In this document: positions 8,906 through 19,027 of the stretch, one piece after another
Layout: each line of letters starts with the position of its first letter
Numbering within the stretch: position 1 is the stretch's first letter
Origin: Candidatus Latescibacterota bacterium
Lineage (GTDB): Bacteria > Latescibacterota > UBA2968
Direction of reading: 5' to 3'
Assembly (NCBI GenBank): GCA_965204745.1
Contig: OZ242010.1
Location: 2,048,001-2,112,000, forward strand
DNA: 64,000 nucleotides
Notes under the pieces: model-generated
Database searches by the model: none
The model's input: the letters and a program-made list of their open reading frames with translations, nothing else
Told to the model about the DNA's origin: nothing
Translations under genes and position numbers: made by a program

Positions 8906-10153
8906 ATGAAACGACGGACTTCCAGAACAGATATCCGCTGTTCTTTTTGCGGCAAGAGTGCGGATCAGGTCGATAAGATCGTCACCGGTCCCAGCGTGAA
9001 TATTTGTAGCGAGTGCATCAGGCTCTGCAATGAGGTGCTGCGAGAAGACGATCTCAAAAAGCCGGTCACGCTGCACAAGGGCCTGCCCAAGCCCGGCGAA
9101 ATCAAAGCGCGTCTCGACGATTACGTGATCGGTCAAGACCGCGCCAAGCGCGTGCTCGCCGTTGCGGTGTACAATCACTACAAGCGCATTCGCAGCAATC
9201 AGGCAACGGACGAGGTCGAGCTCGACAAGAGCAATATTTTGCTCATGGGCCCCACGGGCACGGGCAAGACCCTGCTGGCGCAAACCCTGGCGCGCATCTT
9301 ACAGGTGCCGTTTTCCATCGCCGACGCCACCATTTTGACCGAGGCGGGGTACGTGGGCGAAGATGTCGAAAATATCTTGGTGCGCCTGCTTCAAGCTGCG
9401 GACTACGATGTGGCGCAGGCCGAGATGGGCATTTTGTACTTGGACGAGGTCGATAAAATTTCGCGCAAGTCGGCCAACCCATCCATTACGCGCGACGTGT
9501 CCGGCGAGGGGGTTCAGCAAGCCCTGTTAAAAATTTTGGAAGGCACGGTGGCGAGCATCCCGCCCAAGGGGGGGCGCAAGCATCCCGAACAACCGCTGAT
9601 TCAACTCAATACGAAAAATATCCTGTTTATTTGCGGCGGCGCGTTCGATGGGCTAGAAAATGTCATCAGCACGCGCATCGGGCAAAAGACCATTGGCTTT
9701 GGGTCGGATTCGACCGAGCTGGAAGACCGGAATGCCGGCGAGATTTTCCAGCACGCAGAGCCAGAAGATCTGATCAAATACGGGCTGATTCCCGAACTCG
9801 CGGGGCGCATGCCCGTGATGTGTGCGTTGAGCGATTTGGACGAAAGCGCGCTGTTGCGAATTTTGACCGAGCCACAAAATGCCATTACCAAGCAATATCA
9901 CAAATTGTTTGAACTCGACGGGGTTTCCCTGACCTTTGAGCCTGACGCGCTGCGCGAGGTGGTTCGCATCACGCAGGAAAAGGGCACGGGCGCGCGCGGG
10001 TTGCGGTCCGTTCTCGAGTCGCTGATGACGGATTTGATGTTCGAGATCCCGTCCAATGGGGACATAACCGAGGTGACGATTACCCGCGACATGGTGCAAA
10101 ACCGCAACACGCCGCGCATCGAAGTTCTCGAATCTCAGAAAAAACGCGCTTAA
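8906..10153 (+). CDS. clpX: ATP-dependent Clp protease ATP-binding subunit
   Basis: CSFCGK zinc finger, [25 protein letters not shown] loop, GARGLR. Confidence 0.98.
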   Translation: MKRRTSRTDIRCSFCGKSADQVDKIVTGPSVNICSECIRLCNEVLREDDLKKPVTLHKGLPKPGEIKARLDDYVIGQDRAKRVLAVAVYNHYKRIRSNQATDEVELDKSNILLMGPTGTGKTLLAQTLARILQVPFSIADATILTEAGYVGEDVENILVRLLQAADYDVAQAEMGILYLDEVDKISRKSANPSITRDVSGEGVQQALLKILEGTVASIPPKGGRKHPEQPLIQLNTKNILFICGGAFDGLENVISTRIGQKTIGFGSDSTELEDRNAGEIFQHAEPEDLIKYGLIPELAGRMPVMCALSDLDESALLRILTEPQNAITKQYHKLFELDGVSLTFEPDALREVVRITQEKGTGARGLRSVLESLMTDLMFEIPSNGDITEVTITRDMVQNRNTPRIEVLESQKKRA

Positions 10154-10605
10154 AACAGAGGGCAAGCGAGAGACCGCCCCCCATCCAAAAGGAAATTTCC
10201 ATGCCCATGCCCATCATCGAATCGCAAACCACCGATGAAAGACTGGCAAGGCTTAAAACAATCGCAGAACAGCACACGCAAGCCCTTAACAGACTTGAAG
10301 ATAGAGCGGAGGAGGGAGTAATCCGCGCAATCCTTTAAGGGAATTATATACTTAACTAGACGAGTCTATGTTATTATATTTTTTCCTTAAGACAATGAAT
10401 GAGAGTATTGTTTTTTCGAGGAATTTGCAATGGATACCGTGCCCACAGACAAGGATTTGACGTTAGGAGAAGCTTAAAAGGGATGCAAAGGGCATTGGGT
10501 TTATTCAAGTATATAATTCCCTCCTTTAATCCGTTTAATCCGCGATTCAGACACTTGCCACCGCGCTGTGCGAAACCGAACTCGTGGCGAATAGGAGGAC
10601 AATTA

Positions 10606-10808
10606 TGAACAAAACACACGGTACTCAGTTTAGTGAATTGGTTAGAGAGAAGCTGGCGTCTGAGGAACAGGCTCGCGATCTGTGGATACCCATAGCAGAA
10701 GAATTTAATAGGCATGGTTCCGATGCAGCCAAGGAATACCTTGACGCTGAACAACAGCGGCTTGAAGAACGCGTACAAAATCAACTCAACCAATTTGATG
10801 AGAGGTAA
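10606..10808 (+). CDS. Small helical hypothetical protein (67 aa), first gene of a three-gene island
   Basis: Strong RBS AGGAGGAC before ATG 10606; stop lies 4 nt before the ATPase start. Confidence 0.7.
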
Positions 10809-10812
10809 ATTG

Positions 10813-12906
10813 ATGAAAAAGGGATTCCGCGTCCAGACCCTTACAATTGAAGGATTCAAGGGCTTTACGACACGCAAAAAAATTGACCTTAAAGGGTGCC
10901 ACACCTTTTTGTTAGGACAAAACGGCAACGGAAAGTCGAGCATCATAGAGGCCATTCGCTGGGGCTTGTTCGGTTCTACAGGTAGGCCAAATGAAATTAT
11001 AGCGAATCGAGACTACTCTGGACGGTGCCGCGTCAATCTTACCCTTATGCGTGAAGGGAAGAAGTTCAATCTTCGACGTACACTGATACGAGGTGCGAGT
11101 GGCGGAAGCGACGCTATACTCACCGATGAGCACGGGGATGAACTCTCTATTCGAGATATTATGCCCCAACTGGACTCTGTGGATGCAGGCGAGGGAATGC
11201 ACATCATTTTTTCTCCCCAAGCTACCCCGCTCCGCCGCCAGCCTGAAGACCTTACGCCATTTGAAAGAATCGTCTTTAATCACCTCGGACTGACGCATCC
11301 TCGAGCGTTACTCAGTCAACTGGATAGATTTCTCGACGGTCAAGAATTAGTTGAAAAGGACTTGGGCGAAAAACTCACTGCTACCCGCCAAGGAGTCGAT
11401 AATCAGATCAATGAACTCAATATTCAGAGGAGATATATCCTCCGTTCACCGCCTTGGGATGACGATCGTACGCCGTCAGTCGCAGAGTCCGAAAACAAAG
11501 CCCGAGATCTGATCATAAAGATTACTAGCAAACAACCTGACCCGTCTTTGTCAGGAGCATCGCTGAATGCCTTGATTGACAATGCAGAAGACGCTATAAA
11601 AGCCAGACGAGATCAAGACCAAGGAGGACTCCAAAAAGAAAAAGAAATTCTTGTCGAACGCAGGAATAGTCTGGAGGAACTCCGCGAAATTCAAGAGGAA
11701 ATGGAGGCGCAGAAATCCCAAGTTCAAAACTTACAATCGCAACTTGATGCCTTGCTGGAGGGTAAATCTCTCGACGAACTCCGGGACAACATCAACGAGA
11801 CTAGAGAAGTAGCAGACACCGCCGGTCTAAGGCGACAGATAGCCGAGAATGCGATTGTATTGCTCCAGCGCGATGAAAAGGAGTCTGTGTCCTGTCCTAT
11901 TTGCGGAGAGGAACATCACCGGCAGGATTTGGAGTCAGCACTTCAGGATACTGCCAGTCAACGTTCTGACGATGCAAATTCAAGACTAAACCAACTCAAT
12001 TCGCGGCTGAAAAAAGCCGAAGAACTTGAATGCGATGTTCAAGAGCTTAAAAATGAACTAGCTAAGACGAAGCAAAGGGCAAAGGCTATCAGGATGGATC
12101 TCGATCCAGACGACGCACAAGAACTTGCTGATCAAGTTAATGTGGACCAACTAGATGAGATGATAAAACGCTGTTTGAATGGAGAATCTTCGATAAAGGA
12201 TCGGATTGAAAAACAAGAAAGTTGGTTTGGTGCAATAGAATCCCGGCTATTCAATCTAAAGGAAGAAGCAAAATTTCATCGAATCCAAGATGAGTTGAAC
12301 AATCTTAATCAATCCAAAAACCGATTTGCGGAAGTCGAGAAAGCCTACCAAAACCTTGTTTCGTTCGGTGAATCAGTTCGAGCAATACAGCAGGCAGTGG
12401 AAATTTGCCTTAACGAACAGTTGGAGAAAGATATACCGGAGGTATCTGAAAATCTCTCGCAAGTTTTTGTTGCGTTGACTCGCCATTCATGGTTTGACCG
12501 ACTGACTATTGCGAAGGACGAACTGCCAAAACTCGAGCTACTGGTGGCGAGTAGTCAGGATCCATCCGGTACTGCACACCCCACTGAAGTACTGAATGGA
12601 CAAGCTGAAAGTGCTCTGGCCCTTGTTCCGCATTTTGCATTTAGTCAGGCGGACAACGCGCCTACTGAGGTATATCTGGTCTTACTAGATGATCCCACGC
12701 GAGCGTTTGATGAAGAACACACCGAGATATTAGTTGAACGCTTGGTCGATCTCGGTCATTCCGTACAACTCATGGTTGCTTCGCAAGAGACCGCTCGATT
12801 TCGAAAATTGTTACCGAAGAATTTCGAGCGGAGTGACTATATTATTGTTGAACCTACCTGCTGGTCGTATCACGATGGCCCAGAACTGAAGATTGAATAT
12901 GACTAG
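10813..12906 (+). CDS. Rad50/SbcC/SMC-like ABC ATPase with coiled coil and zinc hook
   Basis: Walker A GQNGNGKSS, Q-loop FSPQ, long coiled coils around CPICG, variant signature LNGQ, Walker B LVLLDDP; RBS GAGAGG. Confidence 0.9.
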   Translation: MKKGFRVQTLTIEGFKGFTTRKKIDLKGCHTFLLGQNGNGKSSIIEAIRWGLFGSTGRPNEIIANRDYSGRCRVNLTLMREGKKFNLRRTLIRGASGGSDAILTDEHGDELSIRDIMPQLDSVDAGEGMHIIFSPQATPLRRQPEDLTPFERIVFNHLGLTHPRALLSQLDRFLDGQELVEKDLGEKLTATRQGVDNQINELNIQRRYILRSPPWDDDRTPSVAESENKARDLIIKITSKQPDPSLSGASLNALIDNAEDAIKARRDQDQGGLQKEKEILVERRNSLEELREIQEEMEAQKSQVQNLQSQLDALLEGKSLDELRDNINETREVADTAGLRRQIAENAIVLLQRDEKESVSCPICGEEHHRQDLESALQDTASQRSDDANSRLNQLNSRLKKAEELECDVQELKNELAKTKQRAKAIRMDLDPDDAQELADQVNVDQLDEMIKRCLNGESSIKDRIEKQESWFGAIESRLFNLKEEAKFHRIQDELNNLNQSKNRFAEVEKAYQNLVSFGESVRAIQQAVEICLNEQLEKDIPEVSENLSQVFVALTRHSWFDRLTIAKDELPKLELLVASSQDPSGTAHPTEVLNGQAESALALVPHFAFSQADNAPTEVYLVLLDDPTRAFDEEHTEILVERLVDLGHSVQLMVASQETARFRKLLPKNFERSDYIIVEPTCWSYHDGPELKIEYD

Positions 12907-13681
12907 GTTCTGTTGACATTTTGTTTTAGAGCGATGAGCGTGGCCGCAAAAGCGAGAAAGCCTCGATAACTCGTGCTGAGTTTCTCAAAGCGAGCAAATA
13001 TCCTGCGATACTGCTTCATTTTTCCAATCAACCGCTCAATCAAATTGCGTTGCTTATACCGATGGCGATCATAATCACGCGGGGTCTTGCGATAAGACCG
13101 GGGCGGAATCACGGCAACCTGTCCATGGTTCGAGAGGACGTCCAGAAACGCTTGTGAATCATAGCCCTTATCCGCGATGACAGATCGGCTCTCATACCCA
13201 GCGATTAACGCTTCGGCTTGCGTGATATCGTGGGTTTGTCCCGGTGTGAGTCGAAACCGGAGCGGGAGGCCACGCGCATCTGTGCAGAGATGGATTTTGG
13301 TGCCCAACCCGCCTCGGCTCCTGCCGAGGGCTTGCGCGGCTTGCCCCCCTTTTTTTGGGCGGCACCCGCTGCACAGGCATGAGCACGCACGACAGTGCTG
13401 TCAATGATCAGACATGCCAAGTCTGGATCAGACGTAAAATGCTGGTGCATGCGTTCCCACACGCCATACCGGCACCAGCGAGCAAAGCGTTTATAGACTG
13501 TGTTCCACTTCCCGTACTGCGCGGGCAACTGACGCCACTGACCCCCCGAGCGCATCACCCACAGAACCGCTTCAATGAAGCGTTTGCAACCGGCTTCCTC
13601 GCCGACATAGACGCGAGGGCATTCGCGGATGAATGCGAGAATTTTAGGCCACTGGTTCGCAGAAAGAATAAGGTTTGACAT
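12903..13681 (-). CDS. IS5 transposase (OrfA + OrfB joined by probable -1 frameshift)
   Basis: OrfA: EAVLWVMRSGGQWRQLPAQYGKWNTVYKRFARW...IIDSTVVRAH. OrfB: TKIHLCTD...IADKGYDS...YKQRNLIER. The stop codon uses the target TA. Confidence 0.92.
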
Positions 13682-13723
13682 ACACACAGAGTAACTCAAA
13701 ATATCCCAAATGTCAACAGAACC
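12906..13723 (-). mobile_element. IS5-family insertion sequence (IS427-like, two-ORF frameshift type), 818 bp
   Basis: Perfect 16-bp IRs GGTTCTGTTGACATTT / AAATGTCAACAGAACC; TA target duplication within CTAG; A7G slippery site near 13350. Confidence 0.95.
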
Positions 13724-14243
13724 TAGTTACATGCCCCCCAATGCAAGCGAGTGCATTGAACGCATACGCTTAGACATTTCTCCAGTTGAGTTCGGCTACA
13801 AGATTCAAGCTCTTGCTGCACATGTGCTACTACGGCTCGGTTACAAAATAAACGAGGTCAACCCGTCAGGACATCCAGATATTGTCGCTACCAAAGACGG
13901 GAGAGAATTTCGTTTTGAGGTAGAAGCCGAAGTAACCGGGCCTCGCCCTCGAAAACTGACAGATGCTGACTTTGCCTCGTTGACGGAATCATCAAACGCA
14001 GTTGGCTATTACGCGCTTGCGATTAGCTTTCCAACGCCCTATTGGGTATTGGTGCCCGCCTCTAAACTCATCTGTAGAAAATTTTCCAGTTCAAACATGT
14101 TACTAGAAGCTCTCAGCGATAAGTCATACTCATCAGAATGGACACAGGAGTATGTGCAGTTGCTTCAATCTGAGTGCCGACAAATCAAGTTGGCATCATT
14201 CAAAGATTTAAAAAAAATGGCACTGGCAGGACGCAGGCTTTAA
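13710..14243 (+). CDS. PD-(D/E)XK restriction-endonuclease-like protein
   Basis: Helix-E/Q then GHPDIVA...FRFEVE motif. Before the IS insertion it began at an ATG overlapping the ATPase end (ATGACTAGTTACATGCCC). Confidence 0.75.
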   Translation: MSTEPSYMPPNASECIERIRLDISPVEFGYKIQALAAHVLLRLGYKINEVNPSGHPDIVATKDGREFRFEVEAEVTGPRPRKLTDADFASLTESSNAVGYYALAISFPTPYWVLVPASKLICRKFSSSNMLLEALSDKSYSSEWTQEYVQLLQSECRQIKLASFKDLKKMALAGRRL

Positions 14244-14485
14244 TTGATTGGTGAAACCGAAACTTCGCCGATTTCCTGATCTTCGGCAGTTCTTACGGCA
14301 ATGACGGGTCATAACCGCGCCATGAGAAGCGCGTTCTGTATAGCCTTGAATACGGGCAGGAGGCCAAGCGTATCCCCTTGAATTGGCAGTTCACCTTGCC
14401 CAAGGCGATTAAAGCGTTCATCCTTACAACCCAAAACTCAAAATAACTTAATTTACAGATTAGTGAGAAAGGGATCGGTAAAATG

Positions 14486-15952
14486 CTATCGATCCCTTTT
14501 TTTATTTCCTCTAAAGTCGCGCCAGAATCGCATCGCAAAGGGCCAGGCAAACAAGCGAATGCCGACCGCGTAGGCGATAGCCCAGGTCGAGCCGCCGAGC
14601 AACAGGGTCTCGATAGTTCCGAAGTTGGTCGCTGAACGCACCGCGATCAGCGCGACTGTAACCCAAATTGTCGTCAGCAGGGGGCGGATATAACATTTTA
14701 AGTAGTTGATCATCCGCAGGCGGATCAGATGGTTGACCAGCAGTTGCGTGACGATGAGGAATATCACGGCAATGCCCGAGATCGCCGCGGCCACGCCCGC
14801 AATGCCATAGCGCACGCCCCAAAAGAGCGCGGGGATGAAAACGATCAGATTGGCGACCGTCCATCTAAACGACCAGTTCGCCTTGCCCTTGGCGAGAAAA
14901 ACCGATCCCACAATCGTGCCCACGGCTTTGAGCATGCCCGCCGTGATCAACAGCCTGAGCGGAATGAGCGCGGGCAACATGGCCTCGCCCTTGACGAGCA
15001 ACAAAATCTCTCGCGCATACACAAACCCGCCTGCGAGTGCGGGCCAGGCCCCCAGGGCTATCGCGGCAACCGCGCGCGTATATCCCCGTCGCAACACCCG
15101 ATCATCCCCTTGCACCACGGAAAATGCCGGGAAGATCACGCGCATTAAAATGATGCTCCCGTGTCTCAACGGCATCATCGTGTATTGATAGACAAAGGAA
15201 TACAACGCCATAGCCACAGGCCCCAAGTAAATCGGGATAAAATAGCCCTTGTCCAAGTTGGCGGTGATGTAATTCACGATGTTCGCGCCGGCGACATTCA
15301 ATCCAAACCCCAAGATGTCCCGAAGCGCGCGCCACTGAAACGACAGCGCGGGCAGCCACGAGACAGCGATCCACAAACAGGCCAGCAAGGCAAACTCTCT
15401 GACTAGGGCGTTCCAAACCGCGCTCTCAATGCCATAGCCACCAGCGAGCAGGCCCAGGCCCACGCCTGCCGCGATGAGCACGGAGATCACCTCGCCCAAT
15501 GCAATGGCGCGAAAATTGAGTTTGCGTGCCAGTTGTGCGCGCATCACACCCGAAACAGAAGCCGCCGGGATAATCAGGGCCAAGGGTTGCAACACGCTTG
15601 CAAATGCGTGGGCATCCACATCTTTCGCCCAACCTGCGACCCGCATGCCCAGCGCGGATGCCCCAAAAAACAGGGCCAGATACAGAGCGCACCCAACTCC
15701 CAAGCACGCCCAAAACGCCGCGCTAAAATGGGCATTGCGCGCATCTTTGTGTCGAACCAGCGCGTCATTGAGGCCCAAGGTGCTGAGCAGGGGAAACAAG
15801 ACCACGACCCGCAACGCCCAGGTGAAATAGCCCATGTCTTCCAGATCGAGCATCCGATAAAAGATCAGGGTCACGATGAGTTGGATGCCCAACCCGCCAC
15901 CCGTCCAAAACGCACCGCGCACCGCACGCGTCGCCAACGATTGATCGCCCAC
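14486..15952 (-). CDS. Polysaccharide flippase (Wzx/PST family)
   Basis: SLATRAVRGAFW start, about 12-14 hydrophobic segments, RKLNFRAIA and RVIFPAFS motifs. Confidence 0.9.
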   Translation of the reverse strand: MGDQSLATRAVRGAFWTGGGLGIQLIVTLIFYRMLDLEDMGYFTWALRVVVLFPLLSTLGLNDALVRHKDARNAHFSAAFWACLGVGCALYLALFFGASALGMRVAGWAKDVDAHAFASVLQPLALIIPAASVSGVMRAQLARKLNFRAIALGEVISVLIAAGVGLGLLAGGYGIESAVWNALVREFALLACLWIAVSWLPALSFQWRALRDILGFGLNVAGANIVNYITANLDKGYFIPIYLGPVAMALYSFVYQYTMMPLRHGSIILMRVIFPAFSVVQGDDRVLRRGYTRAVAAIALGAWPALAGGFVYAREILLLVKGEAMLPALIPLRLLITAGMLKAVGTIVGSVFLAKGKANWSFRWTVANLIVFIPALFWGVRYGIAGVAAAISGIAVIFLIVTQLLVNHLIRLRMINYLKCYIRPLLTTIWVTVALIAVRSATNFGTIETLLLGGSTWAIAYAVGIRLFAWPFAMRFWRDFRGNKKRDR

Positions 15953-16461
15953 ACATCCCTCCTCAAAACTTGAGAATCAAGCAAAAACCTCGGTTTTTTT
16001 GGAATTTCCAGACAGCGTTGGAACGTGCGAGTGCGGTCTTGGATATTCAAAAGGACCTATTGCAAATCATCTCGTCCATGATGTCCATCGTGCATTGTAA
16101 GTCCACAGGGCATGGTCTCCCGGCGTGTTGCTCCCGATGATCACCGAGTCATTGGGGAGCCGGATCGCTGATAAATAGAGCGCGTGCCCATAGACGCGCC
16201 CGGGTTTTGTCAAGATCGTTTGCCGATGCATAGTCGGGTTGGCGAATCGTTTTTTCAGCGGGCTTTGTGCTAAAGAAAACGCGCTTGCCTGACGGGGTGT
16301 AGTTGCGTAACTTGATCAGACATAGACCTGTGCTTTCCGAGAAGGAGTGAGGGTTTTGGCGAGCAACTTTAATCTAACTCTTTTTTTTGCACAGGTCTTT
16401 TATTTTTCTCGCGTAGCATGGTTTATCTGTGGTGGCTTTTCGCCTTTCTGAAAGGATGGTT

Positions 16462-17214
16462 ATGTCAAATCCCACGATTGATTTGTTGTTGTCGCACCGG
16501 AGTATTCGCCGCTTTGAAGATCGCCCGTTGCCCGATGGGGTGTTGGAGACCCTGATTCGGTGCGGGCAACAGGCGAGTACGTCGAGCAATTTGCAGGCTT
16601 ATACCGCGATTCACGTGGCCGATCCCGAGCGCAAAAAGCGACTGGCCGAGTTGTGTGCGGATCAAGTGCAGATCCATGAGAGCGCGGCATTTTTGGCTTT
16701 TTGTGCGGATCTGCATCGAGACCGAATGTGCAATCAGATGCACGCGGCCGAGCGGTTTGATGGGGATTATGTCGAGGCGTTGATGATCGCGACTGTGGAT
16801 GTCGCGCTGATGATGCAAAACGTGGCGATAGCAGCCGAAGCGATGGGATTGGGCATTTGCATGATCGGCGCGATGCGGAACAACCCCAAGGCCGTGGGCG
16901 CGTTGCTCGGCTTGCCCGCGCACGTCGTCGCCGTGGCCGGATTTTGCATTGGCTATCCCGCGCAAGCACCCGAAGTGAAACCGCGCTTGCCACTGTCTGC
17001 GGTGTTGCAGCGAGAACGCTATTTAGACGACGAAACGCACCGGGCGATTTTAGCGGATTACGATCAGACGATGGTCGAGTTTTATGCGTCCCAAGGCATG
17101 CACACAGGCGATCAGCGATGGACCAAAGTCATGGCCGAGCGCACCGGGCAATTCCACGCCCGCGAAGAATTGGACGAATTTCTGACCGCCCAAGGATTCC
17201 GCCTGCGGAGATAG
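16462..17214 (+). CDS. NADPH-dependent nitroreductase (NfsA/Frp family)
   Basis: HRSIRRF, ASTSSNLQAY, GLGICMIGAMRN, KPRLP. Confidence 0.92.
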   Translation: MSNPTIDLLLSHRSIRRFEDRPLPDGVLETLIRCGQQASTSSNLQAYTAIHVADPERKKRLAELCADQVQIHESAAFLAFCADLHRDRMCNQMHAAERFDGDYVEALMIATVDVALMMQNVAIAAEAMGLGICMIGAMRNNPKAVGALLGLPAHVVAVAGFCIGYPAQAPEVKPRLPLSAVLQRERYLDDETHRAILADYDQTMVEFYASQGMHTGDQRWTKVMAERTGQFHAREELDEFLTAQGFRLRR

Positions 17215-17332
17215 CGCGATTCCCTAGAACATACGGGCCAAGTGCTGGATTGGGAAAGTACTTGACCGCGTTTTGTGGGTGTGTTATATACGCCGGTGCG
17301 AGTTAGAGAAGACCACACAGAAGGAGGAGAAC

Positions 17333-17977
17333 ATGAACGTGCTGATTTTGTCTGGGGAGAACCATCGGTTTGCGGACAGCGCCGAGGTCATCAACGGGTT
17401 TTTGCGCGGTCGGGATGATTTGTCTGTCGCGCTTGAGACCGATAAGGATGTGTTGACTTCGGGCGCGCTGAACGCGTTCGACGTGCTCGTACACGGAACG
17501 GGCTTCACGCGCACAGAGCGCGGGGCAGATGGCAGTGTGAATCGCGTGCCGGACTTGACGCCCGCGCAGGAAAACGGGATTTTCGAGTTTGTGGCCGGGG
17601 GCAAGGGCTTGGTGGGCATTCACGGCACGGCTTGGTGGATCGGGGGCAAGGCCGTGGATTTGATTGGCGGGCATGCAAACTGGCATCCGCCTGGGATGAC
17701 GTTCACCGTGCAAATTGCGGATGACGCGCATCCCATCACGCAGGGCATCGATGATTTTGAGGTGGAAGACGAGATTTACATGTCGGCTTGGGATCCGACT
17801 ATCCACATCTTGGCAACCGCGACTTGGAGCGACAAGCAACACCCCATGGCCTGGGTCAAGCCTTACGGCGACGGGCGGGTATTTTATACGACGCTAGGAC
17901 ATGGCCCCGGCACATTCGAGCGGGCCGCGATGCAGAAGTTGGTGACGCAGGGCGCGCGATGGGCAGGGGGAAATTGA
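17333..17977 (+). CDS. ThuA-like domain protein
   Basis: GGKGLVGIH, HPITQG...F..EDEIY, PMAWVKPYGDGRVFYTTLGH; RBS AAGGAGG. Confidence 0.88.
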   Translation: MNVLILSGENHRFADSAEVINGFLRGRDDLSVALETDKDVLTSGALNAFDVLVHGTGFTRTERGADGSVNRVPDLTPAQENGIFEFVAGGKGLVGIHGTAWWIGGKAVDLIGGHANWHPPGMTFTVQIADDAHPITQGIDDFEVEDEIYMSAWDPTIHILATATWSDKQHPMAWVKPYGDGRVFYTTLGHGPGTFERAAMQKLVTQGARWAGGN

Positions 17978-18006
17978 GGCGCACACTTTGACAAAGGAAT
18001 GAGACG

Positions 18007-18657
18007 ATGCTGAAATTTGCAGAAGAACTCATGCTGCTCATCCTCGACGACGAGAACGGAAGATTCGCCCGGGTGCCGGATAGGCTGATGCGCTACGCAC
18101 TCGCAGGAGGGGTGCTGATGGACTTGGCGCTGGAAAACCGCATCGACACGGACCTCAAGCAACTGATCCTCGTCGATCCCACGCCGGTGCAAGACAGCCT
18201 GCTCGACCCCACACTCGCGGACATCGCCCGCGCAAAGGAGACCCGGGACGCGCGTTTTTGGGTGGAGCGCACGGCTCTGCGTGCAGACGAGATCCGCGAA
18301 GAGGCCCTCAATCGGCTCGTCAAAAAGGGCATTCTCCGGCAACGAGAAGACCGGTTCTTGTGGGTCTTTCAATCGCGGCGGTACCCGGCCATTGACGACG
18401 CGCCACAACGCGAGGTCAAGCTCAGGATTACGGGGGTGTTGTTCAGCGACGAAATCCCGGATCCGCGCGACGTGGTGATCATCGGCCTGGCGCACGCCTG
18501 CGATCTGTTCAAGGAAATTCTGTCCGCACGCGAATTGGCGCACGTTTCCGACCGCATCGATCAAGTTCGCAAGCTCGATTTGATCGGCCAAGCCATGTCG
18601 CAGGCGATCTCAGATATCGAACTGTCCCTCGCCCTCGCGGTGCAGATGATGCCATAA
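18007..18657 (+). CDS. GPP34/GOLPH3/Vps74-family protein
   Basis: AEELMLLILDDENG, LAGGVLMDLALENRI, LVKKGIL.....FLWVF..RRYP. Confidence 0.85.
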   Translation: MLKFAEELMLLILDDENGRFARVPDRLMRYALAGGVLMDLALENRIDTDLKQLILVDPTPVQDSLLDPTLADIARAKETRDARFWVERTALRADEIREEALNRLVKKGILRQREDRFLWVFQSRRYPAIDDAPQREVKLRITGVLFSDEIPDPRDVVIIGLAHACDLFKEILSARELAHVSDRIDQVRKLDLIGQAMSQAISDIELSLALAVQMMP

Positions 18658-18915
18658 AGGCGGAAAGCGACCCCATAAGAACACAGATGAAAAGCGAAGG
18701 GATTGAACCCATGACATGGGCGTGCCCATCCCATCACCGCCCGGCCCTGTGCGTCCCCCTCCACGCCACCCTGCCACCCGTGCGGCCTCACCTCGCCACC
18801 CTGCCACCCGTGCGTTCCCAACCACTTTACCCAACCGCCCGTGCGTGCCTCAACGCCCTACCGTCGCTTCATCGTTCCCATCCGCTATGTCCTTCACATC
18901 CCCCCCGCCATCCGT

Positions 18916-18943
18916 CGTAGGGACAGGCCCCTGTGCCTGTCCG
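18916..18943 (+). repeat. GTAG-type REP-like palindrome
   Basis: CGTAGGGACAGGCCCCTGTGCCTGTCCG; near-identical copy at 63701-63728; related GTAGGGGCG elements at 4463, 33089-33113 (reverse), 34133 and 63621. Confidence 0.75.
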
Positions 18944-19027
18944 CGCATCCAACCCAAAACCCGACGTACTTCGTAGGTTCGTAGATTCGTCAATTCGCAG
19001 GATGACCCCTTTTCCATGGAGATCACC

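Noticed and set aside
10201-10338. Short ORF containing TDERLARL, similar to the gene fragment near 5100
   Set aside because: Too short and degenerate to call; probably a remnant of a small coiled-coil gene.
14330-14445. Fragment KRIPLNWQFTLPKA resembling an IS630 transposase C-terminus
   Set aside because: Only a few residues of similarity and no ends identified.
16050-16400. Possible IS4-like transposase scrap (YGHALYLSAIRL, minus strand) and short inverted repeats AGACCTGTGC/GCACAGGTCT
   Set aside because: Too degraded to assign family or boundaries by eye.
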